NCBI RefSeq assembly: GCF_008831285.2
Contig: NC_045138.2
Coordinates: 25,420,001-25,484,000, forward strand
Length of the DNA: 64,000 nt
Reading direction: 5' to 3'
From: Nymphaea colorata
Lineage: Eukaryota
A program made the position numbers and the translations under genes. The notes beneath the pieces were generated by a model, which did no database searches, was not told where the DNA came from, and was given only the letters and a program-made list of their open reading frames with translations. Every line of letters begins with the position of its first letter. Position 1 is the first letter of the stretch. Positions 11,913-24,222 of the stretch are shown piece after piece.

Positions 11913-12838
11913 ATGCAAAAGAAAAGAATAGTTCATTAATATGAGAGAGAGAGCAAATGACCAGGCTACCCTATGGGCGGAAAGAATCAAGCCTTCAATA
12001 ATACATATACAATCAAGACATGCCCTTTTGTCCAAAAAGTTTCCAATCGTTCATCCTTTACATCGGCTGGAAATAAGAAGCAGCTAGAATCGAGGGACTC
12101 GAACATGGATATTTGCTACATAAACCATGCGCAATTTCATCTACCTGATCTACGTTGATCGTAACACCGGGGACGAGGCCATGAGTTTTTGAATAAAGCT
12201 ATTTAGGAGAAGAACATAGGAAATGCAGAGATCTGATTCTGACATAAAGTAGGCCAAAAACAGGGCAGTGTTGGTCCGTTAGTAGTCATGCCCTCGCAAA
12301 AGTTTCTCATCCCGGAAGAGCCATGGCCCTTTAGCTCCGCCAATAAAAGTTGAAGCTTCCACTTATTTCTTCTTTATAGTTTACAGAGAGCAACCTTTGC
12401 CTTTTTTCCCAAAGGCAGGTCGTTTTATTCCTGAATGCTTCTAAAAACTTCCGGAAAATGATTTAGTATTAATGCCCACCATCCTGGAAAACGTGATATT
12501 TCTATAATTTTTTAAGAAAAAAAAAGGAAAGGAGAAAGGAAGCTGTCTGTATCTGTGCTTAATGCTTATACGAAGGGCTAGAGAATTTGTTGGTAAAGAA
12601 ACTACGGTCACACAGGAAAAGGAATCTAGCTCTACTGCACGATCAAACATCCTTTCGCTGGTTAACATGATGTCTATTTTTCTCTCCGCCCTGCAGCTAT
12701 TCAAATTTACAAACCTGCAGCAAATGGGAGTAATGACTCGCTCCGGTATATACAAAGAGTTCGATATGCAATCACCAAATAATTACATTGCATTTGATGA
12801 TGCTAAACAATTACATTGCCATTAGAAGAAGAACTTTG

Positions 12839-14644
12839 CTAAACTCTCGGCCATTGGGGACAAACGACCTGCCAAATACCCGACGACAAATTAGATAAAG
12901 GGAAATCAGTTTATCTAAATCAAGCATAAAATCTATCACGCAAAAACCCAATAGCGTATTTTTATATCCAAGGCACTGTTCTACTTTGATGGCCTTATTT
13001 TTTTATCATTTCAGACAAAATAAAAAAGTTGACAAGTTTTCACATATAAACATGTAAGCAAAATGTCAGGACTGATGGAAAAAGTAGGGGAAATAAAAGC
13101 TGAGAATCCATGAATTTGAAGAGTATGCTATTGAAAGATCCGTGAAGTTTAAATTCCAAAGTCTGTTACTCCATTGTCAATTCATGCTGTAAGGCGCAAA
13201 TTATTGTACATTTTATGCCATTATTCAGCCACAGCATGTAATCAAACAATCTAATCAGCTTCTTCAGAAGTCCGTTGAAGCTATTCCAATAAGCCAACGC
13301 AAGCCTGGTGGTTGCTAATGAGTGCCACATGCCATCAAGGAACATCACCAGGTCCTAAGATAAACCTTCCAAACTACTGCTTATGTCGAATTAGTCCAAC
13401 CACTTTGTCACGGTGAAACAGGTCATACTCCCAAAGATTCTCATATAAAATCCTAGATAAGTGATTCAAACCTAGAATTTCCAGACTAAATATCTTGCTT
13501 AAATCAGGAGATTATAAATAACAACAGCTATGAGCTAACACACACCTAAGAACCTTTAAGCACAATTTTTTGGTTAAATCAGGTCATCGCCAATAACCAC
13601 AGTATTGTTGCTAAATATATCGGACAGTTTCCAATAAAAAGATCAATAAAGATAAAATTCTCATGTTCTGCCACTCGTTATTGTGTTTTGCAACAGCAAA
13701 GCGTTACCTATTGGAATTGCATCATGTGCTTCTCCTATGACACCACTGAAATCTATTTATCATTCCGGAAGAGACTTCAAACATCAAAACTTTATAGGAC
13801 AATGAACCGCTCGCGAGGTATTCACCATAGAACAGGATAAGTTCAATCGACCACACGGTAATATCTCAAGAAATTCAAAACCTCAAAATTTATTTTGAAA
13901 GTGTTCATGTTTTTGCATTCTGCACCTATTCATCATTCTTGCTGAACATAGACTTCATAAATTCTATTGGCTCAAGAAGTAATAAACTGGTGAGTATCTA
14001 TAAAAAGAGCGGCATGATATTCATAGAGGATACAACTATACAAGCAAAAAGAGAATTTTATGCCATCAACCTGTTGTTTACTGTCACCAATAAAGGAATC
14101 TGCAAACAATACCAAATCCTGACTACACGAAGTTTGATCCAGTCGCTAGAAGAATTTTGGTTTGAACATTAGCAGCTCACAATTCACATACTTATGCATA
14201 AAGGAACATGCACAATGACAGCCAAAGACATGCACAATTGCACACATATAAGTGCCTGGCTCATACCTCTAGCGTACTAAACACCAACTGCATTCGACTG
14301 GCAACAATTGATGGGGCTTCAGCAGTTCCCATGACTGCCATTTGTTCTAGCTGAAGTGTCTTTACTGGAAGCCTACAGGAAAAATCAGAGTGAAGTCAAG
14401 AAACTGCACATCAGCCTTATCCCATATGTCATGCTACAATTTTTTAAATTTTAAGCACAGGAGGCCCAAAGTAATAGGCATTAGACATTCCAAATGGAAA
14501 AAGACAGAATACAAAGACCGAATTTAAGTTGAACATTTCCACAAGACAACAATTATGCGACATAGTGAACATGTTTCGAGGGTGTAACATGCACCTCCTT
14601 TCTTGTAGAGAAGTAATTATCACAAATCACCCTAGGGTGATCCA

Positions 14645-14682
<38 letters not shown>

Positions 14683-17217
14683 TCACAACAACATGGACAC
14701 CAACAAGCAGATAGCTTCTTGCATTTTTTTTAGGGCCCTAGATTGACAAGGAGATCACGAATGCAATGAAGAGCCATATGTCATAACAGATTAGGCATAG
14801 CTAACTTAAAGCAACACCTCTTCTTGCAAGCTAAAAATCCTTCTATTGCTTCATTGCACACAGGAGCACCACCTACCCAGATGCAGGCAACGAAATGTTG
14901 TTTCCTTAGATAGACTGATCATGAAGTCAACACAGGCAAGATTTTGTTGCAAGGTTCAACTGGTGGACTACCATTAGGTAGGGAGGATCTGAACGGTTTT
15001 GCAAAATGGAGGCCTACCAGTATGTGGTCACATACTGTCGGTTTCCTTGCTTACTTGAGAAGGTAAAGGATGCAAAACTTCTCCAAATAAAAGTAAAATG
15101 ATCAACTTGCTTCTTGTTGGAATATGCTGGCCTTAATAAATACAAATTGATTTGCAATACTTAGTCAAGCTGTGTATACTAAAATAGATGGTAATCTTCT
15201 ATTTGCAATTGGTCATATTGCACTTGAGAGAAAGACACCCTGTTTGCCATATATTTGAGGAGGAACCCTATTACTTAGAATCCAATTAAGGGACCACTGA
15301 GGTGCTGATCACTTGACGATGTGTAATTACTCGAGTGTGCGATGCCGGACTAACAACCTAGCTTTTAATTCCAATTGCACTATTCTACTACTAAAATTGA
15401 AGCTTTCACCTGTGCAAGGTAACCGTGCACACAGAAATTACCAATATAAAGTAACAAAATTAAGCGCATGATACTTGGCATTTCAAGTGCCTTTCACACA
15501 TTTCCAGTAGAATTTTTATGTTTCTAACAGAAACTGGTAGCAAAAAGCATGCCAATACGCCAGAACAAGATATTATAAAAGGCTAATGAACAAATCCAGA
15601 AGAGACTTCAAAGAAACTCACCACGCCATTCCTTTTACGAAATATGCATTGGCTATGAGAGCACAAAATCCTTTCCATTGAAGCTTGATTTCATCAGATA
15701 CAGGAGGTGTGGATGACCATCTAACTATAGTTGGTTGTGGCGTGCATAAGATGGTAATAAACACAATGCTCAGCCACAAAATACACTCCTCTACCTGGAA
15801 AGAGAAGAGAAACGAAATCTGTAATTTTTTTCTCATTTTTTACCAAACAGATCCTTTTTTCCTGAGGAAAGCAAAAGGATAGCCTATGTAACTATGTTCT
15901 TCAAGTTAAATAACATACAATGAAATTTCATAACATAGATTCTAAGGTTTCTGAATTAAGCTAACAACTAACGAGTACAAAACAATGCATGAGCCTCAGC
16001 CATGTCACAATAGCAACGAAATGAACATGATAAAGGACACACAGTCAAAAGAAAAAAATATCTAAGAAGGCCAAAATAGTTAGAATTTAGAAACTATTTC
16101 TTTGGTTACTTTCTTCACCCCATCTCATTTTCATTTTTAGTAAATAGAAGCATGTGGTCTTAAGAATGGCATATTTTGCAGTTTCTATTAATTTGAAAAA
16201 GGATTATAGTAGAGCACCAAACAAGATAGACAAATGAAGATTTAAACTCCATTCTACACCATTATTAAGTTATTGGGCATTTAAAAAGAGACTAGGGTCA
16301 TTTGTGCTGCAGCATGTGCCTGCAACTTGTAAACCAGAAAATATTAAGCCACTACAGATGTCTTTAATATGTATGTCATATTTGACATCAAGCGTATAGT
16401 AAAAAATCAAGCTGCTAAATTTTGAATTTGGATATACATAGTCTGACCTCTTCAGAGAAGGTTTTCGACTTCAAGCTTGTCGTTCCACCGTAAGCCTGTA
16501 CCCCTTCTACATGCCCTCCAGAGCCTTTCAAGTCCATGAGTTCCCTTCGCAAACCCTCATCGGTACAACCCAAAGCATATGCATTTACTCCAGCACTAAT
16601 AAACTCCTGGAACACATATGCACCGTTGCACAAACAGACAAGACAACTAAATTGTATATGAGGCAAAACAATGAATCAGCTAATTAAGCCACAATTCCAG
16701 TTATCTAGGGATGGCAAATGACATGCCCAGCCGCACCTTAAGGTTGTCAATACCACCACGTTCAACAAAATTTCTGTACCGCCTGAAAATGCTGACTGCA
16801 ATATTCCGGGAGGAGCGATAGTCATCCCCCGATGAAGAACAAACAGGGCGTATGAACTGCCACTTGCTATTAAACTGTGTAACAAAATCAAGCAAAATCA
16901 GGAAAGGAACCACCAAATTTGCTAAATTGCTGTAAACTGCATCAAAAGGCTGGAAAGTGTCTCTTACCCGCCCCAGTGAAGAACTCTTCACTGCTTTATG
17001 CACCACATTCAAGCAATCGAAAGCCTTAAACCTGCAAAGGCACTTCCTCTCGTGAGTATGGTCAACTTGATCCAGTTAAAGTCATTGACCAACTGACTTC
17101 CAAGAGGGCGAGATTGATCACAAACCTAGCGTTTGAAGCTTTATGTAATCCAGCCTGCAACACAACATCCTTCTTATCACCGAGCCAGCAAACACAGGCT
17201 GTGGTCAGTGCGTGCAT
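12839..17217 (-). CDS. Uncharacterised plant protein, 7 coding exons, ~253 aa, possibly organelle-targeted
   Basis: Exons 17217-17126, 17031-16968, 16874-16737, 16606-16448, 15794-15622, 14372-14267, 12868-12839. All GT-AG and in frame: MHALTT...RRYRNFVERGGIDNLK|EFISAGVNAYALGCTDEGLR...|VEECILWLSIVFITILCTPQPTIVRWS...|LPVKTLQLEQMAV...|VVCPQWPRV*. A probable 5'UTR exon lies near 18295-18480. Confidence 0.85.
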
Positions 17218-19636
17218 CTTCAGCACATTTACCTCATTCGCCTCTTCGTAACAGAAGCATCTAATGTATGCGAGAAACTATAGGCATTCCAACATTTGCA
17301 GAAATGATCCGCAAAAGAATCCACAGATTTGCTTCAAAATATTTTGAGATTCATCTGACGAAAGAAAAACCGTTTTGAGTTGGCATAAGCAATCATTTCT
17401 CCTGAAAAATAACTTTGTTTCACATTTTCAGATTCAGCTAATCAAGAAAGATAAACTCATCAGGCAAGAAAATACCAATTTCATAATTCGCACGAACGAA
17501 TTCTCATAGAAAGGAAAATAGCTTTTTCAGATTCATTTGATTAAAGTGAGTTAACGTCATGCAAACAAGAAAACCAATATCTTAGGTTGACACACACAAA
17601 GTTTTCTCATAAGTCAAAACAAAGAATATATGTTAGTCTGCCAAGATTGAAGATAAGCAGTTATTCAATTCTTCCAAGGTTCGTCATGGAAAGATAATTT
17701 AGGCAACCATAAATCAGCCAAAACAAGCCAAAGAGGAAACTTCTTACCATACTTCATGGGCGGAGAAGGGGTGTGGAAGCAAAGGAAAAGGCAAAAAAAA
17801 AAAAAAAATCTTAAACCGCACGACTACTCAGTTTGAATCTTCGGCGTACATTGAGATGAAACGTATCTCGACCTCCCTTCTTATCTACTTTGAGGTGCCT
17901 GAAATGACTCACTTATCCAGAAAATAGCATAAATAACAGGCATGTTACTCATCATAATTCAAGCTTTCCCACAGCCTAGTTTGTCTGACTGAATGAGCAT
18001 GTTAAACATATTTATCCCCCGAGTTCCTAGAAAACCAGGATAAGCTGTGCTACAGTAACCTTCACCAGAATGCAACATTAATTTCAGCGAGCCCTTCAAA
18101 AATGTTGGGACATATATTGAGATGAAAACAAGACAATGGGATACTTTATGTCGATTGATGAATTTGAACATTAACCACTACGTAAATTTTGAAGAGAAAA
18201 GAGGGTTTGAAATCAAAGAGACCACAAAACTAACCATCAATAAAATCCCACAATTCTAAAGCGAGTTCGTTCGAAACAGATAGGGAACAATTACCTTTTC
18301 AACAATCAAGTTCATCAACACGCCAAATTTTAGAGAGGGAGGAGAATAAAGAGAGAGAGAGAGAGAGAGGGAAAGAGAGATCGTCCACAGAATGTGAAGG
18401 GCGGTAAGCGCTCCAGGGAAGCTCCTGGAGGGAGTGGTCGCGCGGGCTTCCGTCAAAGCCTCCCGCTTTCTTTTCCCCACCGTGAGTCATTGGATCCGGT
18501 TCCTTTCTCTATCCGATCCGATCGTTTCTGACCGTCACGAGGACCAGCGGAAAAAACCAAGGACGTTCTCCAGAAATGAAATCTTTGAGACGAAAAAGCT
18601 GGTGAGGAACAATATTAAAGATCTGACGGAAATAATAACAAATCTGAGAACAAAGCCTTCTTTTTTATAACATATAATTCTCCTAGTTAGGCCCATGAAT
18701 CCTCTACCAGACTACCACTCTCTGGTTTTTCCCATTCTCTCTCCTTTGTCTTCCTCTTCTCTTCACTGTGAAGTCGATGTGATTTCCTACTTCCAACCAA
18801 TCGGACACTCACTCCTTCTTTCCTGTTCGAAGCTTTAGAGTTTGCATTGCGAATACTTGATGTTCAAAGATCTGAATTACGCCTGTCGTGGTCGTGGTGG
18901 CCGTAGATTCGCTTGTCGATCATCTTTTGTTAACTGTTAACTACCCGCATTGCGGGAGCAGTGGCACTGGATCTTAATGACTCTGTTTTATATCTTGAGG
19001 AGGTTTTCTATTGATTGGCAGAAGCCCATCTTGATCTTATTGGTTATTGGTTAAGCGTTTAAATGTTTTTCTCATATGCCAAATTCTTGTCAACGCAAAT
19101 TCAACGGTCCCTGTGGAAAACGCAGAACACCACTTGTGGGTCTGGTCATCACTATTCAGTTTCTTTGTCAGTTTATTCGATTTATTCGTATTCGATCTGG
19201 CTATATTGGAACTAATCTCTCTTAGTATTTGATATTTTTTTTTTTTGCTGCATATTCCAGATTTCATTGATCGAAGACAGTTTTGCATGATTCCCATGTT
19301 GACAAGGGCGGTAAGACGGCGCCATTTGCCGGATGAAGCATGCCCATTCAATAAGAAGCCTCGACAACGGATTCAACGACTAATAGTCGAGCTAATGGAG
19401 GATTATTTCCATTTTGGCTCCCGTAGAGTTGCTAGTTACATTTTGAATTGGCGCTATAAGTATTTGTTTCTATTCCAATATTCGTTCATAATCTTCAGCT
19501 CTTTCATATATTGTTCCTTCGATTGGTGGCTAAAATTTTTTGGAAGAATTAATCTTCGATATGGATGTATCGTGTGTGTTCTCTAGTTTTAATGTATTCT
19601 ATATCTTGTCTCCTGACTCGCATCTGCTTAATGCAG

Positions 19637-20846
19637 GGTTCTCTTGCTGCGCCAGTTCTGCAACCTTTGACAGAAGATGACTTGAGCAAAATGTTCTTCA
19701 GTGACTTCCGCATGCTAAAGATCAATGGTATTCCATGCTCTCTGACAAGAACTGGGTACATAAATCTTGCCACATCAGCTGCAGTTACTTCTTATTGCTA
19801 CACTGGTAATCCTAGAAAATAAAGTTTAAGGTGATGACATTTCCATGTTGCATTTCATTTCTCCTAGTTGCTTTTAAACTCTCCATCTTTTGGCAGCTTG
19901 AACTTTTGAGGCAATCAGAGTTTGGATAAGCCTGTTATGCATCAAGATACAGAAACAGAGAATGCTAAAGATTGAGTCAATGAAAATAACCAAAATAGAT
20001 TATCTTCTAAAACATCTTATTGTTTTTCAACCATGTTTTCAATCTGCCTGTGGTTTGTTTTTCTGCTTATGGCAAGTTATGTCGAGCCGAAGGTGTATAT
20101 GGTTAAAGAATATGATATCAATTTCTTTCATTCAGACTGAATGTTCACTAATCTACACATTTTACCTATTAAATCTAAATCCTCTATGCGTTCCATCCAT
20201 ATATTACAAATCATCATATATTATATTTCTTTCTCGTGTTAGTAAACAGATGTTCTCTTTTTTTCATGGGTGTAGAGAAAGTGAGTTTTCTGAAGCCTAC
20301 CATTAATTGTAGTTGTAACCTTGACTTTCCAACAATTTGTTAGAGTCAGTAGTGTCTTTGAATATAGACGTGACTCGAGATGATGGATCTTATGAAGCCT
20401 ATCTCTTCTTGAATTCCACTTTACTGTCAAATACTTGTACAGGTTAGTGAACTGGTCTCTGAACTTTTCCACAAGCCTTCAGAGGATGGTTTTGAAATGT
20501 CGATTCTCGAAGCATGCGGTCGATCTTCCAAGAGCCATCCATCTTGGAGAAGTCCGAAGGAAAAGTCCGGCAAACAGGGTTAGGTGGATATCCTGGGCAA
20601 CTGAGAAGAAGATGAAAGCTGAAGGTGGATATCTCGTTTTGAAGTAATCTTGAAACAACTTGCAGAGGGGCCAACAATTTGTCATGTTATGATGTTTTCA
20701 TTTGGTCCAAATCCAAGATGTCACAGTGAAATTATGGATTCCCAATCGAAGCCAGTTGGTGAAGTCATAACTGAAGGTTTCAGCACATGTCTGGAAAAGA
20801 ACATAGCCATGGGTTTATGTGCAATCAGGGACTCATAAGCCAAGGG
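19637..20846 (+). pseudogene. GDCST: Decayed fragment of mitochondrial glycine cleavage system T-protein (aminomethyltransferase)
   Basis: Exon 19637-19755 [40 protein letters not shown] (AG/GT bounded). Then ~20481-20846 EDGFEMSI/SKHAVDLPRAI/LEKSEGKVRQTGLG/ISWATEKKMKAEGGYL/VILKQLAEGPTI...GFSTCLEKNIAMG/YVQSGTHK, with several frameshifts and loss of the ARDSLRLEAGLCLYG segment. Confidence 0.88.
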
Positions 20847-20879
20847 CCAACTTGAAGTTGCTTCCCAGCTCAAAATCTT

Positions 20880-21065
20880 AAAACTTGGCTCGAGTTGAGT
20901 TCGAGTTTACACAGTAAAATTGAAACGATAAATGAGTCGAGTTGAGTTGCAATAATTCAGCTCGTTTAAACTCGACGCGGCTCGCTGCCTAAAACCGGTT
21001 GAATCGCATAAACCGGTTCACCAATTTAAAGAAACCGGTTCACCAATTTAAAGAAACCGGTTCAA
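20880..21065. mobile_element. hAT-type subterminal-repeat fragments (CTCGAG/GAGTCGAG block, then AAACCGGTT repeats)
   Basis: gagtcgagttgag/ctcg motifs resemble the MITE at 53175-53629. Followed by four aaaccggtt motifs, including a 21-bp tandem repeat. Confidence 0.5.
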
Positions 21066-22201
21066 AGTAAACACACTTCACTATTTGCCGAGGCAAGCGA
21101 TCCCTTCTCTTTCCAATTCCTCGCTCTTTCTCTCGCTTCCGTCGACCACCCTTCCAGTTCCCCCACCGCCGCACCCCCCGCAAGCACAGCAGCACCACCG
21201 TCGGCCCACCTGTCTGTCTTCTCTTGCCTCTGCCGCTCGTATGTAAGTTTTCCACTCTCTCTCTCTCAGACCCTTACCTTAATCTCACCCATCGGCCATC
21301 GCATTTGGCCTCTCTTTGATTCTCTCTCACACAGTGACAGTTCCCTTTGCGGTTTCAGACGGAACCAACACCCTTAGCCGGTTTTAGACGGAACCAACAT
21401 CCTCATTCTCCGCGGCTGCACGCAAAACCACCGTTCGTCTACGTGTTCGGTGTTCCCTGCTGCACCACTGCTTGCAAGGCTCCAACGGACCGCTGTAGTA
21501 TGTATGCATTCCTCCTTATAACGCGCTCTCTCTCTCTCTAACTCTCATCTCACCCATCGCCTCTCTCTCTCTCACAGTGCCCTCTGCTGCTCCGCCGGTT
21601 TGGGATTTGGGAGTGCTTCCAAAAGGTATGGCTAAAGAGATACTCTACTTCTACTTATACTTCTATCTATTGTTGCATCTCAATATGAAATCATCATATC
21701 ATGGTCCTTTTTTTTCGTTGATCTGAAGAATCCCAGACTGAATATTTCTGCTTCTGCTCATATATATGAATCTAAACATAAACTGTTTTGGTGGACTTAG
21801 AGCCTAGTTGTGAGTTGTTTGATGGATGCTGGTTTTATCACTACCTGAAACTTGTGCTATTATGTCCACTGCAAGCGTAATGGTTATATGTGGCTCTTCA
21901 CAGATGCCGAACATCTAAAAGCTATGTGGTTTCCCTTGTCATTGAAGAGAACCAAGACAAAAGAGGATACATTCAGAACAACTTACCTCCAAATGATCTG
22001 TTTTTTTCCTTGCAATCATGTGAAGTAGGGATTGAACATGAATCCCCACCAAAAATGAGAAAATGTTAAGCATAAATTGAAGAATCCCAGAACCTTCCTC
22101 AGTATGCTTGTGGCAAACAGATGCTCTACTAAATTTGTAATATGCTACAACTTTCTAGCATCAATATTATATAAAATTAACATTGGCCAGGTGATAAAGA
22201 A

Positions 22202-23163
22202 CCAAAAATCCTTTGCAATAGCAAACCCCATCCTTGAAATGGTGGAAGCGATTGTAGTCTCTTACAGTGACTACACGACCATGCACCTTTTATATCATCT
22301 TTATAGCCAAACGGCAATCATTACATATGCATAGGTTCTTTGTTATTTGTACTGGAGTTCTTTGGCCAGGATTAATGAGCTAAAATGTTACAGCTAATTT
22401 CTCACAAAATGCATTTTTTTTGCATTCTACATCCATGCAAGTAAAAGTTCATGTATATTTGCATTGCATCCAACAAGCTTTAGTTCCTTGATATTTTGCC
22501 CAATTGCTTATAGGTAACGAGAGCCTGTGGGTGTGAATTGTCATGCAATAAACACATGAATAAGTCCATCCACATCTATGTAGCTGCAACCTGGAATCTT
22601 TTTGACTCCTCTTTCTTTCATCGGTTTCCTAAGTTTCATCTCCTAACTGCAGCATATGGATTTGATAACAGCACATAAGACCCACTATGGTGAGGTTCCA
22701 ATTCAGTCAGTTGCCTGGGTGCAGTCTGTCCTAACTCTAGATTCCGATGGATGCTGCACATACCAAGAAGGGCACTTCAGACTGCAGAGTTGGCTCAAAC
22801 GCAATTTTCTGATTTAAGTCTTCTGCAGCATTCAGCAAACCTGCCCTGCCATGAAGATTAACCATGCAGCAATTGTAATGAACGTTAGCATTGATTCCAT
22901 TTCTTTTCTTCATCGACTCTAAAACATTGTGTCCATCAAGGAAATCTGAGTGGCTGCAGGCATTCAGAACACCAATTGATGTTATGTTACGTCATTAGGT
23001 TTTGTTCCTTCAATTTTCATTTGATTGAAGATATCAACAACTTCCTGTCCAAGCCCATTAATGGCAAACCGCAAAAGCCTATGATCATTGCACTGCATGT
23101 GGTCAAGTTCTTTTCCTCCATCCGGTGGAAGTTTACAAATGCCTTTTTTATGGAACCAGTACC
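22202..23163 (-). pseudogene. Decayed PLS-class PPR fragment with E and DYW domains
   Basis: Minus-strand reading across frameshifts: GSIKKAFVNFHRMEEKNLTTCSAMIIG..INGLGQEVVDIFNQMKIEGTKPND..GVLNACSH..CMVNLHGRAGLL..GVKKIPGCSYI..CEKLAVTF*LIN..TPVQITKNLCICNDCRLAIKMI*KVHGR..VRDYNRFHHFKDGVCYCK/DFW. Contains stops and frameshifts. Confidence 0.88.
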
Positions 23164-23380
23164 CAAGGGGACGCTACCCCTTCTTTTCACATAAATGTAA
23201 TCTACTACTCAGCATTTCATGTTAGGATGATGGTCGATTGTTTTTTCCAGTCAGTTCCCTCTTGTTTCATCTTACCATGATGCTCGTTGAGATGTAGGCA
23301 GTTGCATATGTGAGTTTCTGTTACTTTTTACCATACCGGTGGTGATGCTTCAGGTCCCATGGCGAGCGTGATGAGATTTT

Positions 23381-23575
23381 AACAAATCTATTGATACCAT
23401 TCTTTGAGTAGTCAAAGCTACTTTCCCTGTCCAATTAGGATGATTTCTTGTTTTTATTTCAGTATTCTATTTTTGAACAAATCTATTGATACCATTCTTT
23501 GATTGAGTAGTCAAAGCTACTTTCCCTATCCAATTAGGATGATTTCTTGTTTTTATTTCAGTATTCTATTTTTGA
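23381..23575. repeat. ~95-bp near-perfect tandem duplication
   Basis: aacaaatctattgataccattctttga...gtattctatttttga occurs twice, differing by a 4-nt indel and 1 SNP. Confidence 0.92.
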
Positions 23576-24222
23576 GTTTGTCACATCTTCAAGTGTATGG
23601 CTCTTTAGATATATGATAGTTGACAACAAAATCTATTATCCATTGCATAGTTTTCACTTGTTGGTTTATTTTTGAACCATATTAGCCCATATCTGTTAAG
23701 TAGGCAATTATAAATAGACTAGCCCCAACTAAAATGATTTAATAGTTAATTTCTGGTTACAATCTGATGTATAGCTTTGGTTGTTTGACACTTGTGGTCC
23801 ACTTGCATATGTTATAAACAATATTAAATATGGATTTTATAAGTGCCATCGGCTTGTATATGTAGTATGCTTAGTACACTTTGATTCCCTAGGATTTGGG
23901 TGAATGTATGATTATATCTGGTATCTCTGAATATCCACTTTATATTTGTTCATTTTGTGGTTTAAGCTTCAGAAGTAATAACCACCGTGCAGGTTCATTG
24001 AATAGTTGTTTAAATATTGTGGTTGAAATCTTGAATAACGCTTTTTCACGTCGTTTTTTATTTAAATATTTGTTATTTGGTTCTTGTTTTTTATTTTTTA
24101 TTTTCAGGAATATTATATACTTCAAATTTTTGGTCGTGAGGGCTTTAGTTGGCATTTGCAGGCTTGCCCTAAACCCTTCCTAATCCTCTGCTCTGCCTGC
24201 GAGAGAGAGAGAGAGAGCAGCC

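Noticed and set aside
21010..21065. Short regularly spaced repeats suggesting a CRISPR-like array
   Set aside because: A simple 21-bp tandem repeat with identical spacers in a eukaryotic TE context.
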